Shown here: piece by piece, positions 1-9,771 of the stretch
Numbering within the stretch: position 1 is the first letter of the stretch
How the letters are laid out: every line of letters begins with the position of its first letter
Virus record (IMG/VR): IMGVR_UViG_3300042876_000208
Coordinates: 64,001-93,619 of that record
Strand: one strand, 5' to 3'
DNA: 29,619 nt
From: a virus
Lineage: Duplodnaviria; Heunggongvirae; Uroviricota; Caudoviricetes
Translations under genes and position numbers: made by a program
The notes under the pieces: model-generated
Seen by the model: only the letters and a program-made list of their open reading frames with translations
Told to the model about the DNA's origin: nothing
Database searches by the model: none

Positions 1-296
1 CTAATTGGAAATCCAAAAAGTCTAATATATTTAGTTGTCATCACAAAAACATATTTGAACAATATTAGAACTTTGTCATATCCATTCTCTACAATAATAA
101 ATCTAGAGCGAAAATTTCCGGTTAGCTCGTTGAATAGTGGATGCAGAAAATATGGATACATGCCATAAGGGCCAAGTGCATGTACTCTTTTAATTAGAAA
201 AAGTTCTACTAAGCCCTTGTCTTTGAAGGTTAGCTTGGTACTTGCTTTATAGAAATCGTCTACTGTTTTTATTTGTTCCAACTCGGATAGTTTCAT
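1..296 (-). CDS. Hypothetical protein, runs off the window edge (MKLSELEQIKTVDDFYKAS...)
   Basis: ATG at 296-294 overlaps the TGA of the upstream gene (ATGA coupling); frame read by hand is open to the window start. Confidence 0.6.
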   Translation of the reverse strand, partial: MKLSELEQIKTVDDFYKASTKLTFKDKGLVELFLIKRVHALGPYGMYPYFLHPLFNELTGNFRSRFIIVENGYDKVLILFKYVFVMTTKYIRLFGFPI

Positions 297-1288
297 AGTT
301 GTGTCAAGACCTTTCTTATAATTGTTTCATTATCATCTGATTTTAAAAGAGTAATCTCTGAAGTTGTCTGTGGTTTATTCCTAAGAAAGTCACAACAATA
401 CTGAACATATTGTTGGTTATCTGGATAAAATCCCAAGTCTCTTAGAATAAGGTATTCTTGAATACACTTATAACAAGTACCACAATGATTGTGCATAAGT
501 TTAATGCCAAACTTCTTAGTGGTTTTTTCCCAAAGCATGTTTTTAAACCTTAAGGGTGTTATACAAGAGGCGACGTGTTTTTCTAGAGATTCTGGTGATA
601 TACCCAGAACTAGCTTGAACACATTATACTTTGTTTCATCTATTTGAGAATAGGAATAATTTTTGATATACATAGAAATTCCTTTTTCAAACAGGTCAAA
701 CATTTCTACCACATTTGACATTCCTTCTTCAAAGTTCTTTGGTGTTGCATGATAATGATGATAGTTACCAGTGCTATAATGACTGATACCATTCTGTATT
801 CCATACTCTAGAGCGTATCCTAGAATGAGTTGGTCTTTAACTGGATTATCAACCCTAGCCTCTTTACCTATTTTTTTGACCTCTAACTCTACCATAGGAA
901 ATCCAAGGTCTTTGCTGAATTCAACTGCCTTTTTGGACTCATCTGGATAAGCACGGTTTATCTTTCGTGCATGAAACAGAGTTACGTCATAGCCTTGCTT
1001 ACGCAGAGCTAGTGCCTTGTATGTACTATCTACACCAGACGAGTAAGCTACTAGAGCCTTTTTGGTTCCTGGCAGTTCTACAGGTTCTTGTAATAGTCTT
1101 TCATTAGATATAAAGATAGGTTCCTGGTTATTAAATTTATACAGATATTCAACCATTTCTTTGAAAGCATCTACACATTTTACCTCTTGATTAAAAACTC
1201 TATCACCAAAAAGATTATAGTAGTAAAGCAGCTTGTCACCAATCCCATACTTATTATGGTCAAACTTGGCTAATTCGATATAATTCAT
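293..1288 (-). CDS. Divergent QueC-like PP-loop ATPase (adenine nucleotide alpha-hydrolase fold) with C-terminal Zn site
   Basis: ALVAYSSGVDST PP-loop-like motif; SCITP...HCGTCYKC cysteine cluster as in QueC-family proteins; ~75 aa N-terminal extension. Confidence 0.7.
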   Translation of the reverse strand: MNYIELAKFDHNKYGIGDKLLYYYNLFGDRVFNQEVKCVDAFKEMVEYLYKFNNQEPIFISNERLLQEPVELPGTKKALVAYSSGVDSTYKALALRKQGYDVTLFHARKINRAYPDESKKAVEFSKDLGFPMVELEVKKIGKEARVDNPVKDQLILGYALEYGIQNGISHYSTGNYHHYHATPKNFEEGMSNVVEMFDLFEKGISMYIKNYSYSQIDETKYNVFKLVLGISPESLEKHVASCITPLRFKNMLWEKTTKKFGIKLMHNHCGTCYKCIQEYLILRDLGFYPDNQQYVQYCCDFLRNKPQTTSEITLLKSDDNETIIRKVLTQL

Positions 1289-2407
1289 TTAAATCTCCTT
1301 TCTAAATAAGAATATTCCCTCTTGTTTAGGAATACTCTTTCCGGTTTCTAAATCATTGTGACCACTACCTCTACGAGTAGTAACTTTCATATTTACTTTA
1401 CCAAGATATTCAAATCCTACTTCCTCAGAAATCTTAAGCCATCTATCTACATACTCGATACGTCTACTACCTAGATTAAAATCCGCGATATTGACCGCGT
1501 AGTTTCTATTAGGCTTTAGAGTATAGTAGATATTCTCAACAGTCTTTTTTACATAGTTCTCAAACCAACTATCCAGCTCTGGAAATCTTATATAGGCTTG
1601 AGTAGGTTCATTGGTATATTTCTCTAAATTAAAATAGGGTGGGCTACTAAAAGCGAAATCCACAGAGTCTTTAGGTGGTCTATAATCCTCACTACCCTTA
1701 CACTTTAGAATGTAACTCTTTTTTCTACCCGTTACATTTTCAATTCTTTGAGCAAGTTCATTAGCCCAATGAATTGTTTCTGTATTGGGGTCTACACCAA
1801 CGTAATAGAAATTCTTTTTGCTAGACAAAGCACCTAGCAATCTACCACCAAACCCTGAAGCATAGTCATAGATAATTCCTTTCTCAGGACAGTAATATTC
1901 ATAGATAGCCTTGGCTTTCATAGGGTGAAAGTTAGTAGCAACGCCACCACCAATTAATTGCATAGCACTTAGTAAACGTCTAGGTCTAGCTACCTCGAAT
2001 CTCAAACAGAAATGAATAGCCTTCTTCAATTTCTTATCATCAAAGAACCTATCCCACATACTATTCTTTTTAGCTGTACCTACGTCCACATGCTCTAGAT
2101 TGCGATACATAAATCTGCATAGGTCGCTTCCTTGTAGATTTCTTTTGGTAAGATTAATACCATCAAATTCCCTAACATCCTTATCAATGCAAGCTTGAAT
2201 TTCGTTTCTTATTCCTTCTTCATTATAGTAGTAGATAGGGTAAATATTTCTACCACGATAAACCTCAAAAAGTTTTTGAACAATTTCATCTTTGCCATCC
2301 TTATCTGCTTTTGCATACATTTCCGGTGTGAAACTGTAAATGTATTTTAGTTCTTTTTCGTAACCAAGAGATACAGGTAGTTCACTAGTATAACTCCAAC
2401 TATACAT
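1289..2407 (-). CDS. SAM-dependent DNA amino-methyltransferase (m6A/m4C type)
   Basis: YDYASGFGGRLLG SAM-binding motif I; FAFSSPPYF catalytic motif IV. Confidence 0.8.
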   Translation of the reverse strand: MYSWSYTSELPVSLGYEKELKYIYSFTPEMYAKADKDGKDEIVQKLFEVYRGRNIYPIYYYNEEGIRNEIQACIDKDVREFDGINLTKRNLQGSDLCRFMYRNLEHVDVGTAKKNSMWDRFFDDKKLKKAIHFCLRFEVARPRRLLSAMQLIGGGVATNFHPMKAKAIYEYYCPEKGIIYDYASGFGGRLLGALSSKKNFYYVGVDPNTETIHWANELAQRIENVTGRKKSYILKCKGSEDYRPPKDSVDFAFSSPPYFNLEKYTNEPTQAYIRFPELDSWFENYVKKTVENIYYTLKPNRNYAVNIADFNLGSRRIEYVDRWLKISEEVGFEYLGKVNMKVTTRRGSGHNDLETGKSIPKQEGIFLFRKEI

Positions 2408-2430
2408 TTGTAATATCCTTTCAATGTATA

Positions 2431-2461
2431 AAAACCCCTACCCGGTTAAGAGTAGGGGTTT
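2431..2461 (-). terminator. Intrinsic terminator, probably bidirectional
   Basis: aaacccctac/gtaggggttt stem flanked by A- and T-runs, just past the stop of ORF 2474-2800. Confidence 0.7.
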
Positions 2462-2473
2462 CTTGTTACTTAC

Positions 2474-2800
2474 TTATCTAACGCCAGCCTTGTATGCAGC
2501 AATTGCTGTCTTTAGAGGCTTAATAGAGAATGTGTAACCAAATAGAGCCGCTACTGCACTTAGTACTGAGACTAGTGTTTGACGTAGTAGTTCACTTGTC
2601 CATAGTGTGAAATCTAGAGCACCACCCAAAGCTAACCAAGAGGCAAATGGCAAAGCGCCAAAGCTTAGTGCGGTTAGAAAAATTGGGTATAGTGCTGGAT
2701 TGATGTTCAAATCAGGCTTAACTTTGTAGGCTAGTTGTTTTAGAATTTCTAGCACCGTGAAAGCAATCATGGCCTGTAGAGCAAATACTGTTAGTTCCAT
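2474..2800 (-). CDS. Small multi-pass membrane protein, holin-like
   Basis: 108 aa with about three hydrophobic segments and a basic C-terminus. Confidence 0.5.
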   Translation of the reverse strand: MELTVFALQAMIAFTVLEILKQLAYKVKPDLNINPALYPIFLTALSFGALPFASWLALGGALDFTLWTSELLRQTLVSVLSAVAALFGYTFSIKPLKTAIAAYKAGVR

Positions 2801-3408
2801 GTAAAGTTATTCTCCTCAATTGTTAATATGGCATCCCAAAGTTTTTTAGATGCTAATTCCAAATCCTCTAGTGAGGATAGATTGAATATGACCGCATCAT
2901 AATCGTGTTTTCCAGGCTCACCTGTAGGCAGAGAAGTTTCTGACTCCTCATCATATTCCGGTGTTCCCTTTAGGATTTCTCTAGAAGGGGCTTCAATGCG
3001 TACCCTTACTAGTAAGTAAAGTGGACAATTACTAATAAACTTTGCCTCATTAGGAAAGCGCCAGTCGTCAACTATTATGACATGATATGGATAGTTAGGG
3101 CTTGACTCTACTAAACCCTCTATTGTAGATTTAACCCAAATGTCTTCATTATAGGCTCTTGCTAATTGTCCTAGTTTTTGGAGTAAAGAACGTCCTTTAG
3201 AATCTTTAACTCCATCCCAACTCAATAGTCGGGCGATTTGTTTTAATCTAGTAGCAAAGGGGAATATACCAACCTTTACACCCTTATATCTATTTACTAG
3301 ATAGTCTTTTAAATAATTTGATAGGGTTGTTTTACCAACCCCGGCCTTACCCGATACCAATATCGCTACTGTTTTCTTTGCTACTAAAGTTTCCTTTTCC
3401 TGTGTCAC
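2791..3408 (-). CDS. Deoxynucleoside monophosphate kinase (P-loop)
   Basis: SGKAGVGKTT Walker A; FATRLK, LLQKLG and DDWRFPNE motifs typical of phage dNMP kinases. Confidence 0.8.
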   Translation of the reverse strand: MTQEKETLVAKKTVAILVSGKAGVGKTTLSNYLKDYLVNRYKGVKVGIFPFATRLKQIARLLSWDGVKDSKGRSLLQKLGQLARAYNEDIWVKSTIEGLVESSPNYPYHVIIVDDWRFPNEAKFISNCPLYLLVRVRIEAPSREILKGTPEYDEESETSLPTGEPGKHDYDAVIFNLSSLEDLELASKKLWDAILTIEENNFTWN

Positions 3409-3619
3409 TATGGTACTCCTCTAAAATTCCTTCCAGTATTTCGTGATTAATCATATTATTCTTAACCAAGAAATGTAGAATTAATGTAAGTTTACTTATA
3501 GGTATAACTATAGAATTTGGTGCGGCTACAAAAAAATCTTGTCCGTCTAATTGCTTTAAGACTAGAATAGAATTATGTAGTTTTGTTATGTTCAATCGGG
3601 CTTGGGAAGTAGTGTCCAT
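3347..3619 (-). CDS. Hypothetical protein
   Basis: ORF track; start moved to ATG at 3619 (MDTTSQ), preceded by aaggagaag. Confidence 0.6.
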   Translation of the reverse strand: MDTTSQARLNITKLHNSILVLKQLDGQDFFVAAPNSIVIPISKLTLILHFLVKNNMINHEILEGILEEYHSDTGKGNFSSKENSSDIGIG

Positions 3620-3866
3620 CTTCCTCCTTTGGAATGGATAGTAAATCACCATTCAATTCTTGGAAACGGGCTTGTAATGATTTATCTACAGTTTCCATAG
3701 CGCGAGTTAAATCTTTGTCAATAGACTTGGCATTAAGTGTTCTTGTTTCTATATGGTCGAAACCTAAGTCATCACCTCCAACCATATCACCAATAACTGT
3801 CCAAAAACCATCGTCACTATAAGTAGCTACAACCTTGTAAATAAAAACCTTAGTATTTAGTATCAT
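3573..3866 (-). CDS. Hypothetical protein
   Basis: 97 aa ORF co-oriented in the operon with an agaaagga RBS. Confidence 0.6.
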   Translation of the reverse strand: MILNTKVFIYKVVATYSDDGFWTVIGDMVGGDDLGFDHIETRTLNAKSIDKDLTRAMETVDKSLQARFQELNGDLLSIPKEEDGHYFPSPIEHNKTT

Positions 3867-3878
3867 TGTAATTCCTTT

Positions 3879-4769
3879 CTATCTTGAAATGCTTGTTGCT
3901 AAAGATTTTCTAACTTCTTTGTCTAAGTCGGTAGTTCTACTTCTTCCATAAGCACCACACTCACATTGGAATGTTTGATACTTTCCGGTAGATGTGTAAT
4001 AGAACTTATCCGTCCAAGTAATGTGAGAGCTACCACAATTTGGACAAACGGGTTCAGTAGACTCAACAAACAATCCCAAATTAGGATGTGCCTTAATCCA
4101 AGGGCGAAGTTTCATATAAACTTCTTCTAGTGTTTCCACATCACCCTTGTTGTACTCTTGCATATAAGCTAGAGCCTTGTCATCACCCGCTACACAATTC
4201 TTCCAAAGTTCAAAATCCGTATCCATTTTAGGTGTTAGACCTAGAACTTTAGCTAGAGCATTTAGGCTATTGTGTGTAAAGCCAAATTGCTTTTTAGCTA
4301 CTAGCATGGTATCAATTGTTTGATATGGGCTAGTGGGTGGTAGTTGGTGTACAATAAATCTAGTATTCATATTTGGAATATCAAATGAGTCGCCGTTATG
4401 AGCAATAACAATATCTGCCTCATTCAATAAATTCCACAATGATTTTACTAGTCTTGAGTCATCCTCGGCAAGTGCTTCCTTTCCGGTAAGTCTTTCGGAC
4501 ATAATCTCTGTATCTAGTAGCCATTTAGCACTCCAAGATAACATAAACCATTCCGAGATAACTTGGTCGGAACTAACATTAGCTTTCCAAACACTCTTTT
4601 GGAAAATAAAAGCTTTCAGTGGCGATGTCTCTATATCGAAACACAGCACCTTTGGTAACTTTATAACTGGTTTGTCTTCTCCGTTTAGATAACGCAAGTA
4701 ACATTTTGGGTGTGAAAGTGCATTATGTCTATGCTTGCATCTAAAAGTGAGAATATTTTCATTAGCCAT
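3879..4769 (-). CDS. RNase H-like (DnaQ/YprB-type) 3'-5' exonuclease with C-terminal Zn ribbon
   Basis: LCFDIETSP, IAHNGDSFDIP and YNKGDVETLE exonuclease motifs; CPNCGS...CECG ribbon; ATG at 4769 overlaps the upstream stop. Confidence 0.8.
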   Translation of the reverse strand: MANENILTFRCKHRHNALSHPKCYLRYLNGEDKPVIKLPKVLCFDIETSPLKAFIFQKSVWKANVSSDQVISEWFMLSWSAKWLLDTEIMSERLTGKEALAEDDSRLVKSLWNLLNEADIVIAHNGDSFDIPNMNTRFIVHQLPPTSPYQTIDTMLVAKKQFGFTHNSLNALAKVLGLTPKMDTDFELWKNCVAGDDKALAYMQEYNKGDVETLEEVYMKLRPWIKAHPNLGLFVESTEPVCPNCGSSHITWTDKFYYTSTGKYQTFQCECGAYGRSRTTDLDKEVRKSLATSISR

Positions 4770-5175
4770 TCGTTGGTCTCCTAAGTAATTTTTTACTGTT
4801 TTTTCCATTCATATAATCTCTCAAACTTTTCAATTGGGTATCGGTTAATTTATACTTCTCTTGCATATAGTTTAAGTAACCGTCATCGGTAAATATATCA
4901 CCTAGAAAATAGGCTATCAATTCGCAAACCTTTTTAATTTCTTTGGTGATGGTATTCCTATTAGAATTTAAAGCACTAGAAATATCACTAAGAGATGCAC
5001 TTTCACTAAGCATATCCAATAGTTTAATTTCTCTAACCGTGAGCAATTTCTTTTCTTTTAATTCTTTTACTTTAGACTCCAATATCAGTAGATTATTAAA
5101 ATCATCTGATTCAATATCTGCCTCACTTTTAAGCATGAGGCTATTTCTTATTAAGTGCTGAACTATCCATGACAC
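4762..5175 (-). CDS. Helix-turn-helix DNA-binding protein (LuxR/sigma region 4-like)
   Basis: LTVREIKLLDML...SLSDISSALNSNRNTITKEIK pattern; gaggagg RBS before GTG. Confidence 0.55.
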   Translation of the reverse strand: MSWIVQHLIRNSLMLKSEADIESDDFNNLLILESKVKELKEKKLLTVREIKLLDMLSESASLSDISSALNSNRNTITKEIKKVCELIAYFLGDIFTDDGYLNYMQEKYKLTDTQLKSLRDYMNGKNSKKLLRRPTNG

Positions 5176-5659
5176 TGGACACCTCCTCTATTATATTTCT
5201 AGTAAGGAATCCATTTGCTTCTGCAGCATTATTATAAGCAATAGCTGCTTCTTTTTCTGTTGCAAAATGTCCTAGATATAAAATCTTTCCATTTATTGTT
5301 ATTGAAGCTACCCAAGGTTTCTTTCTAGTTGTTACTTTTAATTTGCTTACACCAAAGTATTTTGAAGTTGCATTTAATTTCTTTCTATGTAGATTTAAAT
5401 GATTTCCTAAACTTGAAACAATTCTTAGATTACATCTTCTATCATCTAGAGTATTTCCATTAATATGGTCTACATATAGACTTTTATCATCAACTCCTAA
5501 AAGAAATCTATGCAAAGACTGTGTAGTATTTTCATTGCCACATTCAATATAACCACTTGGATTATAGTGTCAACACCTAGAGTTATATAATGGTTCATCA
5601 CTATCGTCTATTTCAACATAAATCAAATTTTTATATATTCCTGATACTGTCTTGAACAT
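5141..5659 (-). pseudogene. HNH-AP2 homing endonuclease with an in-frame TGA at codon 30
   Basis: VDHINGNTLDDRRCNLR HNH motif; SKYFGV...WVASITINGKILYLGHFATEKEAAIAYN AP2 domain; frame extends upstream to ATG 5659 through TGA at 5572-5570. Confidence 0.75.
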
Positions 5660-6335
5660 ATCCTAAATCCTTATAGCACAATTCTTTATAGGGACACATA
5701 TGACAATTGTTTGTATATATGCCCTTTGGGTAATATAGTTTTTGTTTGATTGCTTGTGCTATTACGGGTATTATAGCATTAAATAGCGTATTTGTCAAGG
5801 CCGGATTTGATTTCAATTTCAATAGTTTTCCGGTTGTCAATGACGCATAATAAGTTGCGATTGGTTCTTTCTTAAATAAGCGTCGATAAGCCTCACTATA
5901 AACTATAAACTGAATATCCTTTGAAATATCTTTCGGAGTAGAATTCTTTGTTTTCCAATCAAAAATATTTCCGTTAGAAATTCTATCCATTCTACCTACT
6001 AGGAAAACATCTTTCTCTAGTTGTAATTTAAAGGTATATTCTATTTCATCATCTTTACTTAATAATCCTGCAAAGCTTTCAAAGAAAGTATGAATACAAA
6101 GCAGGGCTTTATCAGTCATAGATGGATTAAGTGAAAAGAATTTAGTTTGGTCACCAACTTCTTTTACGGCTAAATCCTTATCATTCCAAAACTTTTCTAT
6201 AGCCGCGTGAACTATAGTTCCAACTAGCATATCATCGCTAGTAATACTTTGTTCCTTTTGAGTAGTTCTATAAGCAAAGCGTTGTGGGCAATCTATGAAA
6301 TCTTGTATGGCGGTTGCGGATAAGAATATTGGCAT
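5631..6335 (-). CDS. PD-(D/E)XK nuclease, RecB/Cas4-like
   Basis: LSATAIQDFIDCPQRF, GTIVHAAIE, GRMDRI...IFDWKT, QFIVY and CHMCPYKELC motifs. Confidence 0.8.
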   Translation of the reverse strand: MPIFLSATAIQDFIDCPQRFAYRTTQKEQSITSDDMLVGTIVHAAIEKFWNDKDLAVKEVGDQTKFFSLNPSMTDKALLCIHTFFESFAGLLSKDDEIEYTFKLQLEKDVFLVGRMDRISNGNIFDWKTKNSTPKDISKDIQFIVYSEAYRRLFKKEPIATYYASLTTGKLLKLKSNPALTNTLFNAIIPVIAQAIKQKLYYPKGIYTNNCHMCPYKELCYKDLGYVQDSIRNI

Positions 6336-6709
6336 TATAGAGCCGCCTTTCTTTCATTCGCGCTAAGAGTTCTCCAAATATCAAGCATCGTCTTGTAAAC
6401 ATCCATCTTAATTTTTAGCTTATCTAGTTGTGATGAAACATCTGCATAAGACTCTCTAAATGGAATAAGTTCACCGTTAATTCCGGTATACTTATAAACG
6501 TCATTAATATAGTTCATAGCGGGTACTTTGCCGTTTTGAAAGAACCTTGTATCGGTAGTTACAAGTTTAACTATTTCAGATTCCTTAGTTTTTATTTGAA
6601 TTTCTAGTTTAGATTTCTCATAAGAAAGTCTTTCAATTTCTGAGGCTAGGTTCATAAAGTCCTCATAGTCGGGTAACTTTCTAATTAGTTCCGTAATGTT
6701 TGTGTTCAT
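6335..6709 (-). CDS. Hypothetical coiled-coil protein, possibly a recombination mediator
   Basis: 124 aa helical ORF ending WRTLSANER; located in the recombination module. Confidence 0.55.
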   Translation of the reverse strand: MNTNITELIRKLPDYEDFMNLASEIERLSYEKSKLEIQIKTKESEIVKLVTTDTRFFQNGKVPAMNYINDVYKYTGINGELIPFRESYADVSSQLDKLKIKMDVYKTMLDIWRTLSANERKAAL

Positions 6710-7095
6710 TTCCAGTATTCCTCCATTTTATCCTCAATTAGTTTATATAGATTAGCTGCAGAGTACATTTGCATAATTGCATTTTTAGTATAGAATGGAT
6801 ACAATAAAAGAATTTCCCTTTCAAAATCTGAATAAACTCCTTGGCAAGATTGGTAGGTCATGTAAGGATTTAAGTCACAATCATCTATCCAACCATCGAA
6901 AAGTAGAAATTCTCTTATGGTACTGGTAACATAATCTAAATCCACATTTGTAAATCTAGAGATATTTTGATTAGAACTTCCAGATGCACATAGTTGTAAA
7001 ATGTCTTTCACTGCAATGTAATCCAAAACATTTCCGGGTATTCCTAATTTGTCCTCTAATAATGTTTTCAGATAGTCCCAGTCTACCATTCTCAT
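6706..7095 (-). CDS. Hypothetical protein
   Basis: 129 aa ORF, translationally coupled to its neighbours. Confidence 0.6.
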   Translation of the reverse strand: MRMVDWDYLKTLLEDKLGIPGNVLDYIAVKDILQLCASGSSNQNISRFTNVDLDYVTSTIREFLLFDGWIDDCDLNPYMTYQSCQGVYSDFEREILLLYPFYTKNAIMQMYSAANLYKLIEDKMEEYWK

Positions 7096-7352
7096 TTGTC
7101 TAATTCCTTAGTTTTTAATATAGTTATATACAAAAGGAGTATACAGTGAGCAACGTCTATACACTCATCCAAAGCGGAACTCCAACGATGTCTGGTCAAT
7201 TCACTAGCCACTTCACCGAGTTCTTCAACTATAAGAATTATGGCGTTATCTGTTGTCATATTGGCATTTAATCCATCATATAGAACTGCTTTTCTCTTAG
7301 TATGTTTATATAGTCTTATAAGAAATTCATTTACAATTAATTCCTTATTCAT
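7092..7352 (-). CDS. MazG-like nucleotide pyrophosphohydrolase (all-alpha NTP-PPase)
   Basis: IVEELGEVASEL and LDECIDVAH acidic motifs. Confidence 0.65.
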   Translation of the reverse strand: MNKELIVNEFLIRLYKHTKRKAVLYDGLNANMTTDNAIILIVEELGEVASELTRHRWSSALDECIDVAHCILLLYITILKTKELDK

Positions 7353-7777
7353 TTGTCTAGTTCCTTTTGTAGTCTAGCTAGCTCATTTATAATGCCAGAA
7401 AAGGTGTCTATGTCTATTACTACAAACTCTTTAACACCTTTTCTAGCTCCTGAAAATTTCCCTATTAGCAATGGGATTGAGAGAGCGTCTCTTGCTTCGG
7501 TCATAATTTTATCAACCCATTCTTTCTTAAGAGTGAATTGCTTAACCTCTTTGTTAGTAGATGTGTTATAACCAACTTTACATTCTACCTTGAAACGCTC
7601 ACTAATTCCATCCACTTTACCGGATACATCTCCGGTTAGTAAGGGTTCGTCCATTGTTGTTCCTATAGCTCCTGAACCAGGAATTCTACGGAAATTCGCA
7701 CCGATTATTTTACTATTAAGTAAATCTACTACGTCTTTTTCAAATGTGTTTCCTTTCTGTTTACTACGAAAAACCAT
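7349..7777 (-). CDS. Hjc-type Holliday junction resolvase
   Basis: SKQKGNTFEKDV, RRIPGSGA, GDV and VECK PD-(D/E)XK motifs. Confidence 0.75.
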   Translation of the reverse strand: MVFRSKQKGNTFEKDVVDLLNSKIIGANFRRIPGSGAIGTTMDEPLLTGDVSGKVDGISERFKVECKVGYNTSTNKEVKQFTLKKEWVDKIMTEARDALSIPLLIGKFSGARKGVKEFVVIDIDTFSGIINELARLQKELDK

Positions 7778-8040
7778 TAGCTTTCTGTGTCCTTGACTAT
7801 TTGAATTCCCAATGTTTTATTTTCATAATCCGGGGTAATGAATACGGAAGAATATTTCACATTATCATATTCCTCCATAGACATGGATATTGTATCTTTT
7901 TCTAGTAAGTGCATTAGGTATGCACATACCGCATATAATTCATTTCTCTCGGCATACATCGCGCTTAGAAAAGATGCCTCGTCTCTTAGTTCGTCTAACT
8001 TTTCTTCAATACGTTTAGTCACATCGTTGGGTGTCATCAT
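7777..8040 (-). CDS. Hypothetical protein
   Basis: 87 aa ORF in the operon with an agaaagga RBS. Confidence 0.6.
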   Translation of the reverse strand: MMTPNDVTKRIEEKLDELRDEASFLSAMYAERNELYAVCAYLMHLLEKDTISMSMEEYDNVKYSSVFITPDYENKTLGIQIVKDTES

Positions 8041-8051
8041 GTTTATCCTTT

Positions 8052-9332
8052 CTAAACTATCTTATTTGTTTCTGATTTGAAATCTAGAGTGATTGTACCG
8101 GCTGGGCCATTTCTATTCTTTAGAATAATAAATTCCATTAATCCGGCAAACTTGGTTTCCTTATTGTAATATTCATCACGATATAGTCCAACTAGAACAT
8201 CGGCATCCTCTTCAAGATAACCGGATTGTTTAATGTCGGACATAATAGGACGCTTGTTATCTCTATGTTCAACTTCACGATTTAATTGTGAAAGAGCAAC
8301 CACGCTAATATTAAGGCTATTGGCTAGGTTCTTTAACATCCTAGAAATTCTACCAAGCGTTTGAGTCATCTTATCATCACGCTCGGCAATTAGTTGCATA
8401 TAGTCTACATAAACTGCCTTAATATTATGAACCGTATAGAACTTGCGTACCATTAGTTCTATATAGTAATCATCTATCATAAAGTTTGTATCAAGATAGA
8501 TTGGTAACTTTTTAATTCTTTGAAATGACTCTTTTAGTCTATCAATAGCATCTTGCTTTAGTAAGCCAAGTCTAATGTCTGTAATTGGAACGCCCGAGTC
8601 AATTGCGGCCAATCTTTCCAACATTGTTAAATAGTTCATTTCCTTTGAGAAAATCAATGTTGGATTTCCGGCATAGCCATCATTCAAAGCGGCGTTGCAC
8701 ATCAATGCGGTTTTACCTGAACCTGGTCTACCCGAGATATACCAAAGTTCACCCGGACTCTTGCCTCCGGTTACCACATCTAGTTTCTTAAATCCCCAAG
8801 GGATACCACGCTTACCCGCGTTCTCACCAGTTCTAGACATGATTTCGTTGAATACATCGTTCATGCCTTCACTAATATGAGTAGCCTCACCACTAGTATT
8901 ATTAGTGGAGATTTGTTCTAGAATTTCACGAATGTTTTGTATCTTAGAGTCAACGTTGCTTAATGAAATATCCGAGGCTTTAATTGATGAAACGGCTGAA
9001 ATCAATCCCCTTGCTCTCGCTGAGGCTGAAATCATATTTACATACTCTAGTAAATTTTCCTTGTTGAATTCTTGAGTATAAATATAATCAAGATACTCTT
9101 TACCACCACATCTCTCTAGTTGAGCATTAGCATCTAGTGATGAAGTTAATAGGCTAATGTCCGGTACTAATCCTTTGTTTAAGATGCTTTCAATTTCCGA
9201 AAATATTGTTTGATTTGCAACTGACGAAAACATTGAAAATCTTAGACCGTTTAAATTGTATGCTAAATCAGGATTATGTACAATAATAGAGATTACGGCA
9301 ATTTCGGCTTCTGCTGAATATAGCTCACCCAT
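8052..9332 (-). CDS. dnaB: Replicative DNA helicase DnaB
   Basis: GRPGSGKTA Walker A; FSKEM, YVDYMQL, LSQLNREVE, IKQSGYLEEDAD and KNRNGP motifs. Confidence 0.95.
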   Translation of the reverse strand: MGELYSAEAEIAVISIIVHNPDLAYNLNGLRFSMFSSVANQTIFSEIESILNKGLVPDISLLTSSLDANAQLERCGGKEYLDYIYTQEFNKENLLEYVNMISASARARGLISAVSSIKASDISLSNVDSKIQNIREILEQISTNNTSGEATHISEGMNDVFNEIMSRTGENAGKRGIPWGFKKLDVVTGGKSPGELWYISGRPGSGKTALMCNAALNDGYAGNPTLIFSKEMNYLTMLERLAAIDSGVPITDIRLGLLKQDAIDRLKESFQRIKKLPIYLDTNFMIDDYYIELMVRKFYTVHNIKAVYVDYMQLIAERDDKMTQTLGRISRMLKNLANSLNISVVALSQLNREVEHRDNKRPIMSDIKQSGYLEEDADVLVGLYRDEYYNKETKFAGLMEFIILKNRNGPAGTITLDFKSETNKIV

Positions 9333-9714
9333 TATCTAACTCCGGTATAATCAATTTTTGTTTCTTTTGTTTCTCAATTTGTTTCTCAAGGCTTAAGGCT
9401 ACCTTGTTTAAATCTTGACTTTCCACCAAAACAATTCCATACTTTTGGTCTAAACGCTTTTTAGCAAAATAGGAAAGTAATGGATATAAGCTATCAAAAT
9501 TTATTTCTGTCATGCTAGACATATCTAAGATTGAAAAGTATACTACAAACCTACCATAAATTTTTAGTAGTCTATTGAATAGAATAACTTCGTTTCTTGT
9601 AATACGTCTATCAAAAACATTTCCAAAAAATTGAGCGAGAACTAGACCGGGATTAGTTGATGACGATAATCTTTCATAATACAAATCTGCAACATTTTCA
9701 CTAAAATCTGTCAT
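9325..9714 (-). CDS. Hypothetical protein, possibly helicase-associated
   Basis: 129 aa ORF overlapping the dnaB start. Confidence 0.6.
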   Translation of the reverse strand: MTDFSENVADLYYERLSSSTNPGLVLAQFFGNVFDRRITRNEVILFNRLLKIYGRFVVYFSILDMSSMTEINFDSLYPLLSYFAKKRLDQKYGIVLVESQDLNKVALSLEKQIEKQKKQKLIIPELDNG

Positions 9715-9731
9715 AACTTTCTCCTAGAAAT

Positions 9732-9761
9732 ACCGGAGGGTAATTTTTCATACCCTCCGGT
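9732..9761 (-). terminator. Stem-loop after the SSB gene, probable terminator
   Basis: 11-bp perfect stem accggagggta/taccctccggt with AT-rich flanks. Confidence 0.6.
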
Positions 9762-9771
9762 TTATTTTAAT

